A stretch of 24,000 nucleotides of DNA. It comes from Synechococcus sp. RS9909. GTDB taxonomy: Bacteria > Cyanobacteriota > Cyanobacteriia > PCC-6307 > Cyanobiaceae. The stretch is from contig NZ_CP047943.1 of NCBI RefSeq assembly GCF_014279595.1, positions 1,772,422 to 1,796,421 of the forward strand, written 5' to 3'. How positions within the stretch are numbered: position 1 is the first letter of the stretch; each line of letters starts with the position of its first letter. Of this stretch, positions 1-8,261 are shown one piece after another. The translations under genes were made by a program, and so were the position numbers. The notes below the pieces were generated by a model that was not told the origin of the DNA, searched no databases, and saw only the letters and a list, made by a program, of their open reading frames with translations.

Positions 1-639
1 CTGGGCCTGATTCAGAGCGTCGAGCCGATCCTGCTCCAGCCCCATGTTGTAGGTGGCATAGCGGAGCTGGAAGCGCAGCTCACCCACATAGAAGGCCAGG
101 CTGCGATCACTGTCTGACACAGCGATCGCCGTATGGTCGAATCCCATGAACAACGGCCTCTGCGGCCCATGCCAGCGGCGGTCTCCCTGCCCCTCGGGGA
201 AGCAGAGCAACTCCATCGCATGGCCGCAGGCATTGCGGAATTTCCAGGCGCCCACGCCATTCGGCAACCACTGGGGCGCCAAGGAGATCGGGGTGACCAG
301 GGGCCTGAGGCGGGCCGCAGCCTGCTCCAGATCGCTCACAACGATCGCCACATGCTGGAACCAGAGGGCGTTGGACGGCCCAGGCTCCAGGGGCGGCCGG
401 GGCGGCCGATCCGGGAAGGCGACCAACTCCAGCCGCTCCTGCCCCAGCTGATAGGGGTGCAGCACGGCATGGCCATCACGCAGGCCGAAACGACGTTGCA
501 ACCTCTCCCCTGCCAAGGCCTCGCATGGCAGGGGTCGGGCCTCCAGCGCCGCCATCAGGGGCGCCAGGCGCTGGGGATCGGGTGTGGACACAGCCAGACC
601 CTCGATCCGGCACTCGGATCGATCAACAGACACGGCCAT
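1..639 (-). CDS. VOC (glyoxalase/bleomycin-resistance/extradiol dioxygenase) family protein; 3' end lies beyond the left window edge
   Basis: Absent from the ORF track because there is no stop in the window. Hand translation of the minus strand from the ATG (revcomp of cat 637-639) gives 213 uninterrupted codons: MAVSVDRSECRIEGLAVSTPDPQRL...ALWFQHVAIVVSDLEQAAARL...FMGFDHTAIAVSDSDRSLAFYVGELRF. Two 'H-x-A-I-x-V-S-D' module starts are typical of tandem VOC folds. High GC3. Confidence 0.55.
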   Translation of the reverse strand, partial: MAVSVDRSECRIEGLAVSTPDPQRLAPLMAALEARPLPCEALAGERLQRRFGLRDGHAVLHPYQLGQERLELVAFPDRPPRPPLEPGPSNALWFQHVAIVVSDLEQAAARLRPLVTPISLAPQWLPNGVGAWKFRNACGHAMELLCFPEGQGDRRWHGPQRPLFMGFDHTAIAVSDSDRSLAFYVGELRFQLRYATYNMGLEQDRLDALNQAQ

Positions 640-732
640 GGCAGGACAAACGCACGTCTGGCAGACAGGGTGACAGGAACACAGCAGAATCGGCGAATCC
701 CGGCTATCCATAAGGAGCTTTCCTTTCCCTCC

Positions 733-1530
733 ATGACTCAGGTCCCCCAGGCGATGACCTCCCTGTGCCTGCAGGACAAGGTGATCGTCGTGACCGGTGG
801 CAATTCCGGCATCGGCAAAGCGATCGTGGAAACGGTCGGCGGCCTGGGCGCCAAAGTGGTGATCGACTACCGCTCCCATCCCGAGCGCACCGAGGAACTG
901 ATCGAGGAGGTCGGTGAACTCGGCGGCCAGGCGATCGGTGTGCAGGCCGACGTGAGCAAGCTGGAGGATCTGCAACGCCTGATCGACACCGCCGTATCAA
1001 CCTTCGGCCGGGTTGATGTGATGGTGAACAACGCTGGCATCGAGACGCGCACCTCGATTCTCGACACCACACCTGAGGACTTCGACAAGGTGATGAACGT
1101 GAACCTTCGGGGCGTGTTTTTCGCCACTCAGTATGCCGCCAAGCAGATGATCAAGCAGGGCACGGGTGGGCGCATCATCAACATCTCCTCGGTGCATGAA
1201 GACTGGCCGATGCCCAACAACACCCCTTACTGCGTGGCCAAAGGTGGGGTGCGCATGCTGACCCGCACCGCCGGTGTGGAGCTGGCTGGCAAGGGCGTGA
1301 CGATCGTCAACGTTGGCCCTGGTGCCGTTGCCACGCCCATCAACGACTCCACCATGAACAATCCGGAGCTCCTCGCCAAGCTCAATGCCGCCATTCCGAT
1401 GGGGCGCATGGCCCAGCCGGAGGAGATCGCGTCGGTGGTGGCCTTCCTCGCCAGCAACGGTGCCAGCTACATGACCGCCACCAGCCTCTTCGCCGACGGC
1501 GGCATCATGATGAGCAGCCCCGGGCTCTGA
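733..1530 (+). CDS. Classical short-chain dehydrogenase/reductase, glucose 1-dehydrogenase-like
   Basis: Internal ATG at 733 of the 133..1530 ORF. Motifs: TGGNSGIGKA (TGxxxGxG), NNAG, catalytic Ser plus YCVAK (YxxxK), PGAVATP. AAGGAG sits 14 nt upstream. The upstream 200 codons of the ORF are shadow of the minus-strand VOC gene. Confidence 0.85.
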   Translation: MTQVPQAMTSLCLQDKVIVVTGGNSGIGKAIVETVGGLGAKVVIDYRSHPERTEELIEEVGELGGQAIGVQADVSKLEDLQRLIDTAVSTFGRVDVMVNNAGIETRTSILDTTPEDFDKVMNVNLRGVFFATQYAAKQMIKQGTGGRIINISSVHEDWPMPNNTPYCVAKGGVRMLTRTAGVELAGKGVTIVNVGPGAVATPINDSTMNNPELLAKLNAAIPMGRMAQPEEIASVVAFLASNGASYMTATSLFADGGIMMSSPGL

Positions 1531-1945
1531 GCGCGAACGCCTCCACACCGGCACGAGCGACCGCTGCATCCACATCCGGCGTCATGCCGGACACTCCGAT
1601 CGCCCCCACCAGCGCTTGATCGCAGCGCAGCACCAGCCCACCGGCCATCAGGGCACAGGGCTGGTGCATCACCCCCTGCAAGGAGAGCAGCGCCACCCGC
1701 CCGCCGGCGATCGCCTGCTCGGCTGCAGCGCTGTCAGCACCCGTCAGGGCGGCGGTGCGCGCCTTGGCCATGGCCGTTTCCACACTGGCAGGCGAGGCGC
1801 CATCGCGACGGCGGAAACAGACCAACTGGCCCGCCCCATCCACCACCGCAATCGAGACCCGAGCCGCAGCCTGCTCGGCGGCGGCAAAGGCTGACGCCAG
1901 CACAGCGTCCGCATCGGCGAGATCCATCCAGAGGCGCTGATGCAT
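1505..1945 (-). CDS. GlcG/HbpS-like (DUF336) putative heme-binding protein
   Basis: 146 aa from the internal ATG: MHQRLWMDLADADAVLASAFAAAEQAAARVSIAVVDGAGQLVCFRRRDGASPASVETAMAKARTAA...GGLVLRCDQALVGAIGVSG. The layout is typical of the GlcG family. The start lies 4 nt after the upstream stop; the MDL start at 1927 is an alternative. Confidence 0.65.
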   Translation of the reverse strand: MHQRLWMDLADADAVLASAFAAAEQAAARVSIAVVDGAGQLVCFRRRDGASPASVETAMAKARTAALTGADSAAAEQAIAGGRVALLSLQGVMHQPCALMAGGLVLRCDQALVGAIGVSGMTPDVDAAVARAGVEAFALRARGCSS

Positions 1946-1949
1946 CAGC

Positions 1950-2210
1950 TCAGCTCCACTGAATCGCCATTGTCCAGAGGTGACCCTCCAGCTCCACGCC
2001 GGCGGCCAGAGCCTCGAGGGATTCCGCCGGCAAGCGGAGGGTGGCTTCAGCCTGATGCACGAGGATGTCGACACCCGTGAAATGGAAGCCCATCGCCTCA
2101 CCCTGGGCGGCGATGTCATTGAGACAGGTGGCGGTGTGAAAGCGCTCCAGAAGCGCCGGATCGGCTTTCACGGTGCGGAGGAAGGCCTCCAGTTGGGGAT
2201 TGCTGGTCAT
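1950..2210 (-). CDS. Nif11-like leader peptide domain protein (86 aa), candidate RiPP-type precursor
   Basis: MTSNPQLEAFLRTVKADPALLERFHTATCLNDIAAQGEAMGFHFTGVDI...LPAESLEALAAG|VELEGHLWTMAIQWS. It aligns by eye to the Nif11/prochlorosin leader pattern (QLKAF..KV.AD..LQE.L....AI.AI.AKEAGF.I...DL....LSDEELE.VAGG). ATG start verified. Confidence 0.65.
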   Translation of the reverse strand: MTSNPQLEAFLRTVKADPALLERFHTATCLNDIAAQGEAMGFHFTGVDILVHQAEATLRLPAESLEALAAGVELEGHLWTMAIQWS

Positions 2211-2226
2211 GGCAAAGGATGGCGAT

Positions 2227-2622
2227 TCAGTCTTTGATGGCGATGCAGGAGATTTCGATCCGGGCTCCCACCACCAGCTTGCTGATGCCGATCACGGCAC
2301 GGGAGCAGTAGTTGTCGGCATTGGGGAAGAACTCCTGCCACACCGCATCCATCTCTTCAATTTCATCGATGTTGGTCATGTACACCACCGCCTGCCCCAC
2401 ATCGCGATAGGTGCATCCGGCCGCTTCCAGCACACCGAACACATTCTTCAAGCATTGGCGCGTGTGCTCGGCCGTGCCTCCCGCCACGGTCTGATTCGTG
2501 ACCGGATCCACAGGCATCTGGCCGGACACAAACACAAACTGACCGATGCGATACCCCTGGCTGTAGCTGGCAACCGGTTGGTTGGCATGCTCTGTGCGAA
2601 TCGGATGGCGCTCAAGCGGCAT
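2227..2622 (-). CDS. ridA: RidA/YjgF/TdcF family reactive-intermediate (enamine/imine) deaminase
   Basis: 131 aa from the internal ATG: MPLERHPIRTEHANQPVASYSQGYRIGQFVFVSGQMPVDP...AEHTRQCLKNVFGVLEAAG...VVYMTNIDE...SRAVIGISKLVVGARIEISCIAIKD. This is a typical family signature. Confidence 0.85.
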   Translation of the reverse strand: MPLERHPIRTEHANQPVASYSQGYRIGQFVFVSGQMPVDPVTNQTVAGGTAEHTRQCLKNVFGVLEAAGCTYRDVGQAVVYMTNIDEIEEMDAVWQEFFPNADNYCSRAVIGISKLVVGARIEISCIAIKD

Positions 2623-2660
2623 GACGCTGATGCGTGCTGGCGATCCCTTGATAGCGGCGG

Positions 2661-3608
2661 TCAGGGCATGGCGGGGTGTTGAACGCCACGGGTGTTGAGG
2701 TGAATGGCGTACACCGCATCCCAGCTGCAAAGGAACAAACGGTTGCCGAACTCACCACCGAAACAGAGATTGCCCACCAGTTTCGGGGTGAGAATCTTGC
2801 CGAGCAGGCTGCCATCGGCGGCGATGCAGTGCACGCCATCCCCGGCGCTGCTCCAGAGATGGCCCTGCTCATCCACCCGAATGCCGTCGGCATTGCCCGG
2901 GGCGACGCGATGAAAACTGCGACCGTTGGCCAGGGTCCGGCCGCCATCGCGCAGATCGAACACCCGGATCTGTCGATCGGGGTCGGGGTCATCGGGGGCA
3001 CCGGTGTCAGCGACATACAGCAGCGACTCATCCGGCGAGAACGCCAGACCATTGGGGCCTTGCACCTCCTCCAGCGTGGTCATCGCCTGCAGGGAGCCAT
3101 CGGCGGGATCAAAGCGATACACGGATGGAGCCTGCCAGGAGGCACGGCGCCCACCCTCGTAGTCGTTCACCAGACCGTAGAGGGGATCGCTGAACCAGAT
3201 CGTGCCATCACTCTTCACCACCACATCGTTGGGCGTGTTGAGGGGTTGGCCGGCATGGGAATCCACCAGAGTCACCACGCGCCCGTTGTGCTCCGTGCGC
3301 AACAGGGCGCGATGGCCATGGCTGCAGGTGAGCAAGCGCCCTTGCCGATCCCGGGTCTGACCGTTGGGGAAACCGGCACGGTGGCGGTACACCGTGAGGC
3401 CCAGCGCGTCATCCCAAGCGAGGATCCGATCGTTGGGGATGTCGGACACCAGCAGCCGCTGCTGATCACCGAACCACACCGGGCCCTCCAGCCAACGACA
3501 GCCATCGAACAGGCGCTCCAGCTGGGCGTTGAACAACACCAGCTGCTGAAAGCGGGGATCGACAATTTCGAACCGTGTCTCCACGAACTGACTGCAAGGC
3601 ACGCTCAT
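2661..3608 (-). CDS. SMP-30/gluconolactonase/LRE-like beta-propeller hydrolase
   Basis: 315 aa from the ATG at 3608 (MSVPCSQFVETRFEIVD...). Motifs: LEGPVWF, SDIPNDRI, FPNGQT, PNDVVVKSDGTIWFSDP, GPNGLAFSPDESLLYVADT, ADGIRVDEQGHLW. The longer start at 3662 would overlap the upstream gene. Confidence 0.8.
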   Translation of the reverse strand: MSVPCSQFVETRFEIVDPRFQQLVLFNAQLERLFDGCRWLEGPVWFGDQQRLLVSDIPNDRILAWDDALGLTVYRHRAGFPNGQTRDRQGRLLTCSHGHRALLRTEHNGRVVTLVDSHAGQPLNTPNDVVVKSDGTIWFSDPLYGLVNDYEGGRRASWQAPSVYRFDPADGSLQAMTTLEEVQGPNGLAFSPDESLLYVADTGAPDDPDPDRQIRVFDLRDGGRTLANGRSFHRVAPGNADGIRVDEQGHLWSSAGDGVHCIAADGSLLGKILTPKLVGNLCFGGEFGNRLFLCSWDAVYAIHLNTRGVQHPAMP

Positions 3609-3618
3609 GGCCACCGCC

Positions 3619-4080
3619 TCAGTGAAAGGAGCCGGGTGGGAGGTTGCGCCAGGCCTGGTCATGGCGCTGGATGATCAGCTGCACGCAGGGCTCGTCCCCC
3701 ACCTGGGCGGAGAGATGGCCCTGCTTGCCGTCGGCAGTGGCCACGCAGCCCTGATCGCCGCCATAGGAATACTCCCCAGCGTGCATCACCACCCTGGTGC
3801 CATCCATGCTCTCCACCGACCAGGCCCCTCGCAATACGTAGATCCATTTCGGGACGTGGTTTTCATGCCAGTCGGCGGTCCAGCCCACCGGCAGATAGGT
3901 GACGAAGGCATGCCCGTTGTCGAACAACTCACGGGAGAACTGGGGCGAATCCCCCGGCCCGAGTTGGCCGAGCTGAAAGTCACTGATCGTGCACTGCTCC
4001 TGGCGACTGACCCCTTGCGCATCGGTCCAGAGATGCCAGTAACGCTCGGGCTGGGGAGCCTGGCTGAAGGGATCGCTCAT
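3619..4080 (-). CDS. Cupin-like small protein (hypothetical)
   Basis: 153 aa from the internal ATG (MSDPFSQAPQPERYWHLW...). WHENHVPKWIYVLRGAWSVESMDGTRVVMHAGE resembles a cupin beta-barrel core. High GC3. Packed 10 nt upstream of the lactonase gene. Confidence 0.5.
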   Translation of the reverse strand: MSDPFSQAPQPERYWHLWTDAQGVSRQEQCTISDFQLGQLGPGDSPQFSRELFDNGHAFVTYLPVGWTADWHENHVPKWIYVLRGAWSVESMDGTRVVMHAGEYSYGGDQGCVATADGKQGHLSAQVGDEPCVQLIIQRHDQAWRNLPPGSFH

Positions 4081-4109
4081 GCCATTGCAGATGCCTGCGC
4101 GCACCCTAT

Positions 4110-5213
4110 TCAGAACGTTCCCCTCTGCCCAGCCTTCTCCACACTCCAATCCAACACCTCGCCGGCATGGAACAGCCGTGGCGCTTCAGCAACGTCGAGA
4201 GGTTGCCTCATCGCCGCATCCAGCTCCAACCGCTTGGGCACGATTTGGGGCTGGCGCACCAGGGTGACCGTTTCGCTGTTCAGAGGCAGGCGGTAGAAGC
4301 GCGGTCCATGCTCACTGGCAAAGCCTTCCAGTCGATCCAACGCCCCTTCCCGATCAAAAATCGCGGCGTAGCTCTCCAGGGCGTGGGCCGCATTGAAGAT
4401 GCCCGCGCAGCCACAGCTGGTTTCCTTGCCGGAGCGGGCGTGGGGAGCGGAATCGGTGCCGAGGAAAAAGCAGGGTTCACCACCAGTGGCTGCCGCCACC
4501 AGCGCCCGGCGATGCCGCTCCCGCTTCAACACCGGCAGGCAGTAGGCATCGCTGCGCAAGCCACCGGCAAACATCGCATTGCGATTGAGATGGAGGTGGT
4601 GGGGGGTGATCGTCGCCGCCAGGGTGGTCTCACCGGCGCGGTGGCAGGCACGCACGTAGTGGGCGGCCTGCTCGGTGGTGATGTGCTCCAGCACCACGCG
4701 CAGGGCGGGGAAGCGTTGGCGCAACGGCACCAGATGCCGTTCGATGAACACCGCCTCCCGATCAAACACATCCACCTCGGGATCGGTGACCTCGCCATGG
4801 ATCAGCAGGGGCCGATCAATCGCCTGCAGCATCTCCAGCACGGGCGTGATCGCCTCCAGATCACTGACCCCCGCAGCGGAGTTGGTGGTGGCATTGGCGG
4901 GATAGAGCTTGACCGCCGTGAACACCCCGGTCTCAAATCCCTGCTTCAGATCCTGCGGATCGGTGGAATCGGTGAGATAGGCCGTCATCAGCGGCGTGAA
5001 CGACAGGCCGGGCGGCAAGGCCGCCAGGATCCGTTCGCGGTAGGCGACGGCAGCGGCCGCGGTCGTGACCGGAGGCCTGAGGTTGGGCATCACGATGGCC
5101 CTGGCGAAAAGGCGCGCTGTTGACGGCAGCACCGCCGCCAACATGGCCCCATCCCTCAGATGCAGATGCCAGTCGTCGGGGCGACGCAGGACGAGGCGAG
5201 AGGGAGAGGCCAT
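4110..5213 (-). CDS. pyrC: Dihydroorotase, homodimeric (E. coli) type
   Basis: MASPSRLVLRRPDDWHLHLRDG..., VMPNLRPPV, KLYPANATTNSAAGV (carboxylated-Lys region), HGEV, LEHITT, GTDSAPH. The start at 5213 lies 13 nt below the upstream stop. Confidence 0.9.
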   Translation of the reverse strand: MASPSRLVLRRPDDWHLHLRDGAMLAAVLPSTARLFARAIVMPNLRPPVTTAAAAVAYRERILAALPPGLSFTPLMTAYLTDSTDPQDLKQGFETGVFTAVKLYPANATTNSAAGVSDLEAITPVLEMLQAIDRPLLIHGEVTDPEVDVFDREAVFIERHLVPLRQRFPALRVVLEHITTEQAAHYVRACHRAGETTLAATITPHHLHLNRNAMFAGGLRSDAYCLPVLKRERHRRALVAAATGGEPCFFLGTDSAPHARSGKETSCGCAGIFNAAHALESYAAIFDREGALDRLEGFASEHGPRFYRLPLNSETVTLVRQPQIVPKRLELDAAMRQPLDVAEAPRLFHAGEVLDWSVEKAGQRGTF

Positions 5214-5226
5214 GGGCTGCAGACGA

Positions 5227-6876
5227 TCAGGCGGGAAGGCCTGCCACGGCGGAGCGCAGGGCCTCCAACCGATCTTCGCTGATCTGCTCCTGGGGGATCC
5301 GCTCAAGCAGCTTCAGCTTCTCCAGCCGGTTGCGGGCACCACCGGGCAGAAGCACAAGGTGCACCCGACGGCCCACCTCAAGCGCTTCCTTGATGGCATT
5401 CTCCAGGGCCAGGGAGGCTGTGACGCCGAGATGGGTGACCTCACTGAGGTCAAACACCACGGCATTGCAGTTGCTGATCGCGTTGTGCTCCCGGGCGATG
5501 GTCTTGGCCACGCCGAAGATCATCGGGCCGGCCAACTGGAACAGCAGCACCTTGCCGCCAGCCTGGTCAAGCAGTTGCTGCTCCTCGCCAGACAGCTCCA
5601 CGTCATCGTCAGCGGTGCTGATCGTTTTCACCCGTTTCGACTGCAGCGCGCTCATGCGATCGATGGTGAGCACGTTGGCCACGAACACGCCGATGCCCAC
5701 GGCCGCGATCAGATCCACCAGCACGGTGAGGGCGATGACGCCATAGGTGATCAAGGCGGCCTTCAACGACAGGTGATGGGCCCGGCGCAGGAAGTCCCAG
5801 TCGATGATGTCAATACCGACCTTGAGCGCGATCCCGGCCAGCACCGCCAGAGGAATGGTGGAGACCAGGGGCGCCGCCAGCAGGATCACGAGCATCAGAA
5901 TCACGGCCCGCACCACGCCGGACAGGGCGGAGCGTCCACCGGCCTGAATGTTCACCACCGTTCCCATGGTGGCGCCGGCACCGGGCAGTCCTCCGAACAA
6001 GCCGGAGGCGATGTTGGCCAGGCCCTGCCCCACCAGCTCCTTGTTGGAGTTGTGTTCTGTACGAGTGAGGCTGTCGGCCACCACCGATGTGAGCAGGGCA
6101 TCGATGCAGCCGAGCATGCCGAGCACGGCACCATCGATCACCATCAGCCGCCACTGATCGGCGGCGAAGATAGGCATGCGCAGGCTGGGAAATTCCGCCT
6201 GAAAGTCGGGAATCGTGCGCAGACCTGCGGCACTGAAGAGGGTGAGGGAGAGAAGCGTGCCGATCACCAGCGCCAGCAGCTGGGGCGGGCAGACTTTTTT
6301 CAGCCTGGCGGGGGTGAACCAGAGGATGGCCACGGTGATCAGGGCCAGGATCAATTCATAGGGCCGCACGCCCGAGAGCAACTGGGGCAGCTGCGACAGG
6401 GTGCCGATCACACCGCCTTTGGGGCTGGCCTGCCCCAGAAAGGGAGCCAGCTGCAGGATCACCAGGATGATGCCGATCCCCGACATGAAGCCGGAAATCA
6501 CCGTGTAGGGCATCTGGGTCACATACCGGCCCAGGCGGAACACCCCAAAGAGGATCTGGAACAGTCCGGCCAGGATCACCACGGTGAAAGCCATCGCCAG
6601 GGCCGTTTCCCTGTCGGGGGCCGTGGCGGTGAAACTGAGGATCACCGAGGTGAACACCACGGTCATGGGACCGGTGGGCTCGGAGATCAGGGTGGGGGTT
6701 CCACCGAACAAGGCAGCCACCAGGCCGATGATCACGGCAGCCCAGAGACCAGCGGCAGCACCGGCTCCGGAAGCCACACCGAAGGCCAGGGCCATCGGCA
6801 GGGCGATCACGGCGGCGGTGACGCCACCGAAGGCATCACCACGCAGGTTTCTAGTTCTGATGTGGTTAAAGAGCAC
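5227..6876 (-). CDS. bicA: SulP-family anion transporter with C-terminal STAS domain, BicA-like (probable Na+-dependent bicarbonate transporter)
   Basis: The N-terminus NLRGDAFGGVTAAVIALPMALAFGVASGAGAAAGLWAAVIIGLVAALFGGTPTLISEPTGPMTVV matches my memory of cyanobacterial BicA almost residue for residue. STAS tail: VLLFQLAGPMIFG...VVFDLSEVTHLG. GTG start (revcomp of cac 6874-6876). Confidence 0.8.
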   Translation of the reverse strand: MLFNHIRTRNLRGDAFGGVTAAVIALPMALAFGVASGAGAAAGLWAAVIIGLVAALFGGTPTLISEPTGPMTVVFTSVILSFTATAPDRETALAMAFTVVILAGLFQILFGVFRLGRYVTQMPYTVISGFMSGIGIILVILQLAPFLGQASPKGGVIGTLSQLPQLLSGVRPYELILALITVAILWFTPARLKKVCPPQLLALVIGTLLSLTLFSAAGLRTIPDFQAEFPSLRMPIFAADQWRLMVIDGAVLGMLGCIDALLTSVVADSLTRTEHNSNKELVGQGLANIASGLFGGLPGAGATMGTVVNIQAGGRSALSGVVRAVILMLVILLAAPLVSTIPLAVLAGIALKVGIDIIDWDFLRRAHHLSLKAALITYGVIALTVLVDLIAAVGIGVFVANVLTIDRMSALQSKRVKTISTADDDVELSGEEQQLLDQAGGKVLLFQLAGPMIFGVAKTIAREHNAISNCNAVVFDLSEVTHLGVTASLALENAIKEALEVGRRVHLVLLPGGARNRLEKLKLLERIPQEQISEDRLEALRSAVAGLPA

Positions 6877-6997
6877 CGAAGACGAAGAATCAAGAGCGGC
6901 GAAATGCTAGGTGGCTCCTGAGAATGGAAGCCCCGGTTCCGATCAGCGTTCGTGATCAGACTGGACAGGACAATGAATCCCCTGGCCCTGCGGAGCG

Positions 6998-8113
6998 ATG
7001 TCGCCGTTCCTGATCTCCGTTCTTGACGTTGTGGTGGGGATCGGCCTGCTCTTCGGTGGTGGCGAGCTGTTTGTGCAGGGGGCCGTGAGTCTGGCCCTGA
7101 TCCTGGGCATTCCCCAGCTGGTGATCGGCCTCACCGTGGTGGCCCTCGGCACCAGCGCCCCGGAACTGTTCGTGAGCGTGGGCTCGGCGCTGGCTGGCTC
7201 CGCCGATCTGGCCGTGAGCAACGTGGTGGGCAGCAACATCTTCAATGTGATGGTGGTGCTGGGCAGCAGCGCCCTGGTCATGCCACTGCACGTGGAAAGT
7301 CGATTGGTGCGCCGCGATGTGCCCCTGTTGCTGGCGGTCTCGGCGGCCGTGTGGGGGATGGCATCGGCGGGTCGGGTCACCTGGCAGGCGGGCGTCGCCT
7401 TGCTGATCGCTCTGGTGATCAACACCCTCTGGGAGATCCAAACCGCCAAGCAGGAACCGGAGGGGATCGAGGAGGCCGAGCCGGAGGTGGATGCGACAAG
7501 CGCCAACCGCGGCTGGGCTGGCTCCCTGATCCGCCTGGCGATCGGCATCGTGCTGCTTGGCTTCGGTTCCAATGTTCTGGTGAGGGGAGCGAGCGCAGCA
7601 GCGGCCATGCTCGGCGTGAGTGAAGCGGTGATCGGCCTCACGATCGTGTCGGCGGGAACCTCGATGCCGGAACTGATCACCTCCCTGATGGCGGCGATGC
7701 GGGGGCGCACCGATCTGGCGATCGGCAACGTGGTGGGCAGCAATCTGCTCAACCAGTTGCTGGTGCTCAGCGGCTCCGCCCTCGCTTCAGGCGCCTATGG
7801 CCTGCACGTGGATCCGATCCTGATTCAGCGGGACCTGCCGGTGATGCTGCTCACCACCCTGGCCTGCATGCCCATTTTCTGGAGTGATGGCCGGATCACC
7901 AGGGTCGAGGGCGGCGTCCTGCTTGGTCTTTACGTATTTTATGTCATCGATCAGGTGCTGCCCCGCACCCTGCCCAGCTGGCAGGACGAGTTCCGCCTGG
8001 CCCTGCTCTGCCTGGTGCTGCCGGTCGTATTGGTGTTGATCAGCGTGCAGGTGATCAGCCACTGGCGCCAACTTCGCTACAGCCGCCGGCGGGGCGACGA
8101 CGACCTGGCGTGA
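6998..8113 (+). CDS. CaCA-family Na+/Ca2+ exchanger (YrbG/ecm27-like)
   Basis: Two alpha-repeats: GLTVVALGTSAPELFVS...SNVVGSNIFNV and GLTIVSAGTSMPELITS...GNVVGSNLLN, with about 10 TM segments. ATG at 6998 verified. Confidence 0.85.
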   Translation: MSPFLISVLDVVVGIGLLFGGGELFVQGAVSLALILGIPQLVIGLTVVALGTSAPELFVSVGSALAGSADLAVSNVVGSNIFNVMVVLGSSALVMPLHVESRLVRRDVPLLLAVSAAVWGMASAGRVTWQAGVALLIALVINTLWEIQTAKQEPEGIEEAEPEVDATSANRGWAGSLIRLAIGIVLLGFGSNVLVRGASAAAAMLGVSEAVIGLTIVSAGTSMPELITSLMAAMRGRTDLAIGNVVGSNLLNQLLVLSGSALASGAYGLHVDPILIQRDLPVMLLTTLACMPIFWSDGRITRVEGGVLLGLYVFYVIDQVLPRTLPSWQDEFRLALLCLVLPVVLVLISVQVISHWRQLRYSRRRGDDDLA

Positions 8114-8157
8114 TCGACAGCCTCGCGTGATCGACAGCCTGGCGTGATCGACAGCAC
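8107..8157. repeat. Three tandem 17-bp direct repeats (core GCGTGATCGACAGC)
   Basis: ggcgtgatcgacagcct / cgcgtgatcgacagcct / ggcgtgatcgacagcac at 8107-8123, 8124-8140 and 8141-8157. The first copy contains the exchanger stop codon (TGA 8111-8113). Confidence 0.85.
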
Positions 8158-8261
8158 AGGGGAGCAGTCGGCATGGGCACACCCACATTTGCAATCCGAC
8201 AAGAGGGGATGACTCCTGGGGCAAAGCTGACCATCCTTGAGAGGCCAAGTGCGGCTTGCCG

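Noticed and set aside
133-732. N-terminal 200 codons of the 465-aa + ORF (133..1530)
   Set aside because: The sequence is R/G/Q/P-rich with no family resemblance. The opposite strand encodes a coherent VOC-fold protein (1..639). The SDR domain begins cleanly at the internal ATG at 733, which has an upstream AAGGAG.
2676-3674. 332-aa + ORF antisense to the SMP-30 lactonase gene
   Set aside because: It has no recognisable motifs, and the minus frame carries the full set of SMP-30/gluconolactonase repeats. The same reasoning rejects 4167..5123 (+, anti-pyrC), 6943..7752 (-, anti-exchanger), 12179..12850 (-, anti-ctaE), 16666..17475 (+, anti-TauE), 18205..19005 (+, anti-PDO), 22575..23306 (-, anti-ParB-like) and 8705..9403 (-, anti-DUF2231).
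5065-6921. 618-aa + ORF antisense to the SulP/BicA gene
   Set aside because: It is low-complexity H/G/D/Q/R-rich, a typical shadow ORF of a GC-rich gene. The minus frame gives an unmistakable SulP+STAS protein.
8107-8157. Possible CRISPR array
   Set aside because: There are only three directly abutting 17-bp units with no spacers and no cas genes, so this is a simple tandem repeat.
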